Positions 59,303 to 64,000 of a stretch of DNA of 64,000 nucleotides are shown here, one piece after another; the stretch's first letter is position 1; each line of letters opens with the position of its first letter. Source of the DNA: Bdellovibrio sp. Lineage in GTDB: Bacteria > Bdellovibrionota > Bdellovibrionia > Bdellovibrionales > Bdellovibrionaceae. The stretch spans positions 544,001 to 608,000 of the forward strand of contig JAKFBS010000002.1 of assembly GCA_036677065.1 (NCBI GenBank), in the 5' to 3' direction. The position numbers and the translations under genes were made by a program. The notes beneath the pieces are model-generated. The model was not told the DNA's origin. It made no database searches and saw nothing but the letters and a program-made list of their open reading frames with translations.

Positions 59303-60575
59303 ATTCGATTTTTTTACAGCGATACATTGGCTGAAAGGTCGGAATCGAGTCAGAAACTTTTTTAGTGTTATCTTCGAAAGTCACTTGCACCTTTACATAC
59401 TTGCTGTCTTCGAGCTCTGCTTGTCCGGCCTTCGTGTTATAGTAAGGCTTTAACACCTCTTTGCCATTTTTCATTTCATAAACACAGGCACCAGTTGTGC
59501 CATCACCGTTTGCGCCGGCTGCATTGATGTCAACCTTTGCAGTGCTAATATCAAACCCTGCTTGTCCAGCTTGCGAAAATAGCGCCGGTAAGATTTTGGT
59601 TTTTGCAGTTTCGGCTCTGGCTTGTGATAAACCCAGAAATCCCTTTTTACAAAAACGATTTGCCGCTTCGCCGGTATTATTTAAAGAAGAAGCTGATGAG
59701 TTAATGCTGATATGATGAAGTTTTGCACCTTTGGCTAAACGGTCTTTAATGCACTCAGAAACTTCTTTAGCTTCGGGAGTTGCTAATAATTTACCTAATT
59801 CAGCAGTGCCTACATCAAATTTATTGTTGGCAAAATTTTTCTTAAAATTACCTGCACAAGGCTGAATACGATTTGCAACAATAGTGCGAGCTTCTAATTC
59901 AGGTTTTGTGCTGCAGATGTAAAATGCGTTTGGAGATTCGTCGGCTATTTTTTGCAAACGCTCTTTCACGGCCTGAACATTTTTAGGATCAGCCATGTCT
60001 TTTCTCATATTGCGTAATTTGAATTCACGCTGCTCGCGCCCCATTTTATCGGCGCGAAATTCTTCAATCGTTGGATGTGATTCGATATAATTCGAGCTCG
60101 CTTTAAAAGTCGGCGTACAATCCATTTTTTCTGCGAAAGATGCATATTTTTCGATAAAACCTTTTTTATACTCTGCCGGAGTTTTTGCCATCTCAGCAAA
60201 AGCTGGATCCGCAAACCAATCAAGAATAGGAACAGGAGCCGTTCTTCTTTCGCGGTCATAATTATTTCTTGGCGCGTAAAACTTTTCGGCCCAAGGATTC
60301 GATTTTAAATATTGGTCGAAAGCAGTTTTCAAACCGTGCATGCGGGCTGGATCAGTCGTAAAATTTAACAAGCCTTCGATTTTCTTTTTCATCGCGTCTT
60401 TATCGACAGGAGGAGCTTCTTTACACTGCCCATTTTTATTGATTTCTTCGCAGTTAACATCTTGAATGTTTTGCACATTATCGCTTAAATCATTCAGAGG
60501 ACTGCAGTTTAGCGCCGTATCGGCCCAAACCGCTTGCGAAACAAAAATAAGGCTAAATAAAATTAATTTTTTCAT
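59289..60575 (-). CDS. Exported Cys-rich protein with degenerate OmpA-C-like domain
   Basis: Signal peptide VWA; NFANNKFD, ISINSSAS, LSQARA. Confidence 0.6.
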   Translation of the reverse strand: MKKLILFSLIFVSQAVWADTALNCSPLNDLSDNVQNIQDVNCEEINKNGQCKEAPPVDKDAMKKKIEGLLNFTTDPARMHGLKTAFDQYLKSNPWAEKFYAPRNNYDRERRTAPVPILDWFADPAFAEMAKTPAEYKKGFIEKYASFAEKMDCTPTFKASSNYIESHPTIEEFRADKMGREQREFKLRNMRKDMADPKNVQAVKERLQKIADESPNAFYICSTKPELEARTIVANRIQPCAGNFKKNFANNKFDVGTAELGKLLATPEAKEVSECIKDRLAKGAKLHHISINSSASSLNNTGEAANRFCKKGFLGLSQARAETAKTKILPALFSQAGQAGFDISTAKVDINAAGANGDGTTGACVYEMKNGKEVLKPYYNTKAGQAELEDSKYVKVQVTFEDNTKKVSDSIPTFQPMYRCKKIEFKCE

Positions 60576-60731
60576 ACAGACCTATGTCGGAACCTTGAAC
60601 CTCAAAATGTAATGTTTCTTAAAATGAGACAGTTTTACAACCAAGCTCTAAACAATAGCTTAATAAACAGTTAAGTATCTATAACTTAAATGACATTTTG
60701 CCTGTGGCCAGTATCTGTTATTGGTTTTAGC

Positions 60732-61796
60732 ATGAGAAGCTTTAACCACATTGCAGAACATACCCTAAAGCACATGCAACATGGTACAACTGACTGTGGT
60801 GATGCGACCACTTCAAACCCAATCAGTTCTTATTTAAACCAGTCACAGTACCAACAAGAAGCTAATTTATTACTGCGCCATAGACCGATCCCTACCATCG
60901 CAGCCTCTGATATTGCCAATCCCGGAGACTATGTCACAAAAACAATTTGTGATGTGCCGCTAATTATTTATCGCAATTCAGAAAGGCAGATCAAAGTTTT
61001 TTTAAATGTTTGCCGCCACCGCGGGGCAAAACTGACGGCACCAACTAACAGCCTGAACTGTAAAACATTCACCTGCCCTTTTCATGGCTGGAAATACCAG
61101 GAAGGTAAAAATCTAGCTGAACTAAAAGCTTATGAGTTTGTCGGCATGATTTGGGTTTTGTTAAGCCCACAGTCAGAGTTTTCAATTTTAAAGTCACTAT
61201 TACCCTTTGAAAATGATCTAAATAAACTTGCTATGGCTCCCCGCTTTGCTATGCCTGAATCTGTTTTTCATAAGAATTTTAACTGGAAAATCGGCGTTGA
61301 AGCTTTTTTAGAAGTGGATCACTTTCCGTATGCACATGTACCGCATTTAGAAAACATTCAATATCCCGGGTTAAGTTTAGCCGATCAGTCAGAAGATAAT
61401 TTTCGGCTTATTGTTCCGTTAAAAAAACCTGCACCGCCTGAATTTATTTTAAATTGGTCCCAGGTGATGTATTTTATTTTTCCGAGCAGTTTTTTATTGG
61501 TCTACAGTGATCATGTTGCTTTATTAAGTTTAATTCCGATAAGTATTGATAAGACTGAATTTCGCTATGTTCCGCTGGTGCAACAAGAATCTGATTTAAC
61601 GTCGAAGAGCATTCAAAGCAAAGTTGATTTTTTAAAAATTATTTTACAGCAAGATTTTGATATTCTTGAGGATGTGCAAAAAGGCCTTACTTCGGGAGCA
61701 AATACCGAAATGACATTTACCCGCAGCGAACATGTCTTAAATAGTTTTCACAATTCAATATCAAAAACGTGCCGGGTCATAAACAGCACGTTGTAA
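60732..61796 (+). CDS. Rieske non-heme iron oxygenase alpha subunit
   Basis: NVCRHRG..CPFHGW; NWKIGVEAFLEVDHFPYAH; QQD..ILEDVQKG. Confidence 0.88.
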   Translation: MRSFNHIAEHTLKHMQHGTTDCGDATTSNPISSYLNQSQYQQEANLLLRHRPIPTIAASDIANPGDYVTKTICDVPLIIYRNSERQIKVFLNVCRHRGAKLTAPTNSLNCKTFTCPFHGWKYQEGKNLAELKAYEFVGMIWVLLSPQSEFSILKSLLPFENDLNKLAMAPRFAMPESVFHKNFNWKIGVEAFLEVDHFPYAHVPHLENIQYPGLSLADQSEDNFRLIVPLKKPAPPEFILNWSQVMYFIFPSSFLLVYSDHVALLSLIPISIDKTEFRYVPLVQQESDLTSKSIQSKVDFLKIILQQDFDILEDVQKGLTSGANTEMTFTRSEHVLNSFHNSISKTCRVINSTL

Positions 61797-63011
61797 TTCA
61801 GACTTTCCTGAAACGATTAAATCACTGACTAACTGGCCGGTGCCTAAACCCGATTGCAGCCCCAACATTTGATGACCGCATGCCAGCATCAGATTGTGAT
61901 AGTTCTTTGCCCACCCAATGACGGGAACGCCATCTGGTGTGCAAGGGCGTAACCCGCGCCAAGTTTCGTGAACTTTGATGTTTTCTGGAATATGTAAAAA
62001 CTCTTTAGCGCCATCAAAGATCGCTTTTACTCGGCGATCAGTGATTGAAAAATCCTGATTCACTAATTCTAAGGTTCCGGCAATGCGTAGTGAATCTTGT
62101 CTTGGGGTGATCGCGATTTTTCGATCGACAATCATAATTGGAATTTTGGGTTGTGATTGCAAACGATCGACAATTAATGCATAACCTTTGCCCCCTAGTA
62201 TAGGAACATCTAATGCTAAATCCGAGGCTAAACTTTGTGACCAGCTGCCTGCGGCCAGCACAAAAACATCTGCCTGCATTTCACCTTTTGAGGTTTGAAT
62301 AGATTTAATTTTTTTCTTTTGACCATCGGTTGAAAAATTTGCTTTTTTAAATTCAGTGTTCTCTAAAATTTTCACACCAAGCTTTTGCGCTTTTTTAGCT
62401 AAGGCTTGAACAACTTTTAACGGTTCAGCATGAGCTTCGTCAGAAAAATAAACTCCGCCTAATAGATTTCCTTTTAGAGCAGGTTCAAGTTCTTTGATTT
62501 GTTCTGCATTTAGTTTGCGGCCAGGAATATTATACTTTTCAACAAGGTTCATTTCATTAACAGCAGCTTTTACTCCTACAGGCGTTGCGCTCACCATGAG
62601 TAAACCCTTTTGCTGCATTTCAATTTCTGGATACTCTTGGGCCAATTTTTTATAATCATTTAAACTTTTAAGAGAAAGTGTAACTAAAGCCTCGATAGCA
62701 ATTTGCGATTTTTTTTCAGTCATTGATAATAAAAATCGGGTTAACCACTGAGTTAATAAAACACTGGGAACAGGTTTAATGTATAGCGGCCCACTAGGAT
62801 TCAACATCCACTTCATAGATTTAAGAAGCATTCCGGGCATTGGTAACGGCATCGAAAAACACGGGGTCATCCAACCGGCATTACCGTAAGAGCAACCATA
62901 ACCCACTTGCTCTTTTTCAATAACGACAACATCAGCTCCGGCCTCTGCTAATTTCACAGCACAAGATAGACCAATGATTCCACCGCCAATAACCGTAACA
63001 CTTTTCTTCAT
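61761..63011 (-). CDS. FAD-dependent D-amino acid dehydrogenase/oxidase (DAO family)
   Basis: GGGIIG, SYGNAG, GKGY, GLRPCTPDGVPVIG, GH..LG. Confidence 0.9.
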   Translation of the reverse strand: MKKSVTVIGGGIIGLSCAVKLAEAGADVVVIEKEQVGYGCSYGNAGWMTPCFSMPLPMPGMLLKSMKWMLNPSGPLYIKPVPSVLLTQWLTRFLLSMTEKKSQIAIEALVTLSLKSLNDYKKLAQEYPEIEMQQKGLLMVSATPVGVKAAVNEMNLVEKYNIPGRKLNAEQIKELEPALKGNLLGGVYFSDEAHAEPLKVVQALAKKAQKLGVKILENTEFKKANFSTDGQKKKIKSIQTSKGEMQADVFVLAAGSWSQSLASDLALDVPILGGKGYALIVDRLQSQPKIPIMIVDRKIAITPRQDSLRIAGTLELVNQDFSITDRRVKAIFDGAKEFLHIPENIKVHETWRGLRPCTPDGVPVIGWAKNYHNLMLACGHQMLGLQSGLGTGQLVSDLIVSGKSELQRAVYDPARF

Positions 63012-63094
63012 AAGGTCATATTACGGCTATTGTTTAAATTTGAATATTGAAAAAAAAAGTTCCATCTGTTCGACCAGGCTTTTGGGTAGATCAC

Positions 63095-63769
63095 TCATTC
63101 TAAATCGTTAAATAGTCTTTTTGTTTTCGGTAGATAATTTATAAACCAATCGCCAGCATGCTTTGATACCTGCTCTAATGTACCGGCTTCTTCAAAAAGA
63201 TGAGTTGCACCCGGAATAAGTGTTAATTTTGCATTTTTCAATTCTTTGCGGGCTTCTTCGTTATAAGTAATGACTTGATAATCTCGATCACCAACAAGCA
63301 AAAGTGTCGGCGCTGTGACGTCTTTTAAGCGCTGCATAGCTAAGTCAGGTCTTCCACCCCGAGAAACGACTGCGAAAATTTGATCTTTAAGATCTGCAGC
63401 GGCCCATAACGCGGCACCTCCTCCGGTACTGGCTCCGAAGTAACCGATCGAAAGATTTTTAGCGAAATCTTGTCGCTGCACCCACTTTGTTGCAGCAATA
63501 AGTCTTTTTGCCAAAAATGGAATATCAAATACATTCGCGCGATTTTGTGATTCTTGTTCTGTCAGTAAATCAAACAGCAGAGTACCTATACCAATTTCGT
63601 TTAAGCTAGTTGCCACTTGCTGATTGCGAGTACTGAAGCGGCTGCTTCCACTTCCGTGCGCAAAAATCACAAAACCATTCAGCGTATGCGGAAGATTTAA
63701 AAAACCTTTTGTTTCAATTGCATTTTCATTAGGAATTATTACTTTTTTACTTTCAAACTTTTGATTCAC
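63095..63769 (-). CDS. Dienelactone-hydrolase-like alpha/beta hydrolase
   Basis: FAHGSGSSR, GYFGASTG, VVSRGGRPDLA, GATHLFEE. Confidence 0.85.
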   Translation of the reverse strand: MNQKFESKKVIIPNENAIETKGFLNLPHTLNGFVIFAHGSGSSRFSTRNQQVATSLNEIGIGTLLFDLLTEQESQNRANVFDIPFLAKRLIAATKWVQRQDFAKNLSIGYFGASTGGGAALWAAADLKDQIFAVVSRGGRPDLAMQRLKDVTAPTLLLVGDRDYQVITYNEEARKELKNAKLTLIPGATHLFEEAGTLEQVSKHAGDWFINYLPKTKRLFNDLE

Positions 63770-63847
63770 TGCACACCTCGGTTAAGAAATTATCAAACAA
63801 AAAAGAGCAGATAACGTGCCATTATTTAGTGGAAAATATGACTCAAA

Positions 63848-63877
63848 GTTTTGGTTTTGGTTTTGGTTTTGGTTTTG
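63848..63877. repeat. Intergenic hexanucleotide tandem repeat (GTTTTG)x5
   Basis: Directly visible in sequence. Confidence 0.95.
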
Positions 63878-63926
63878 CATGAAAAAAATGATTCAGATCG
63901 AAAAACATTTTAACCAGGAGCAACAT

Positions 63927-64000
63927 ATGTTTCGCAGAAATAGAGATTCAGAAAGATTACCCGTAACACGCAGATCAAACCTTTCACCCTTTTCAACCTT
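63927..64000 (+). CDS. 5' end of a CDS running off window (possibly small heat-shock protein)
   Basis: CAGGAG RBS then MFRRNRDSERLPVTRRSNLSPFST; product is a guess from the N-terminus only. Confidence 0.5.
   Translation, partial: MFRRNRDSERLPVTRRSNLSPFST

Noticed and set aside
1..64000. CRISPR arrays, tRNA/rRNA, prophage or IS elements
   Set aside because: No repeat-spacer arrays, cloverleaf or rRNA-like sequence, integrase or transposase motifs seen by eye; tRNAscan, Infernal and CRISPR finders were not run

Overview
A gene-dense, AT-rich bacterial chromosomal segment with about 65 CDS. I recognised no rRNA, tRNA, CRISPR array, integrase or transposase. The gene content is typical of a predatory Bdellovibrionota (Bdellovibrio/Pseudobdellovibrio-like) genome; this is an inference, not a database match. 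It includes CheY/CheX, many secreted hydrolases (S1, S8 and S9 peptidases, two exported HNH nucleases), TetR-TolC-AcrB without a fusion protein, a Tat-exported HiPIP, small beta-barrel OMPs and c-di-GMP proteins. Housekeeping and metabolic genes include a CCA-adding enzyme, queG, hutG, threonine aldolase, bcp, fadD, selO, an S1-domain protein, TDO with a kynureninase-like gene, an acyl-CoA dehydrogenase and four hot-dog thioesterases. Most notable observations: (1) a sigma54-preceded, signal-peptide-bearing protein with Fam20C/HipA/PI3K-type atypical kinase motifs (43166-44602); (2) an iron-uptake-like cluster of desaturase-like protein, FbpA, TonB, imelysin and TonB-dependent receptor with no ABC permease or ATPase (48541-54618); (3) a four-gene envelope operon with a YidD-like lipoprotein and a TM2/DUF5683-like protein (11740-14002); (4) a beta-barrel OMP gene split by a 1-nt frameshift in a poly-T8 tract (4524-5127); (5) a recurrent intergenic palindrome GTCTCA-N3-TGAGAC; (6) a duplicated REC-PilZ-like protein. 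All product calls come from motif recognition by eye, without database searches.
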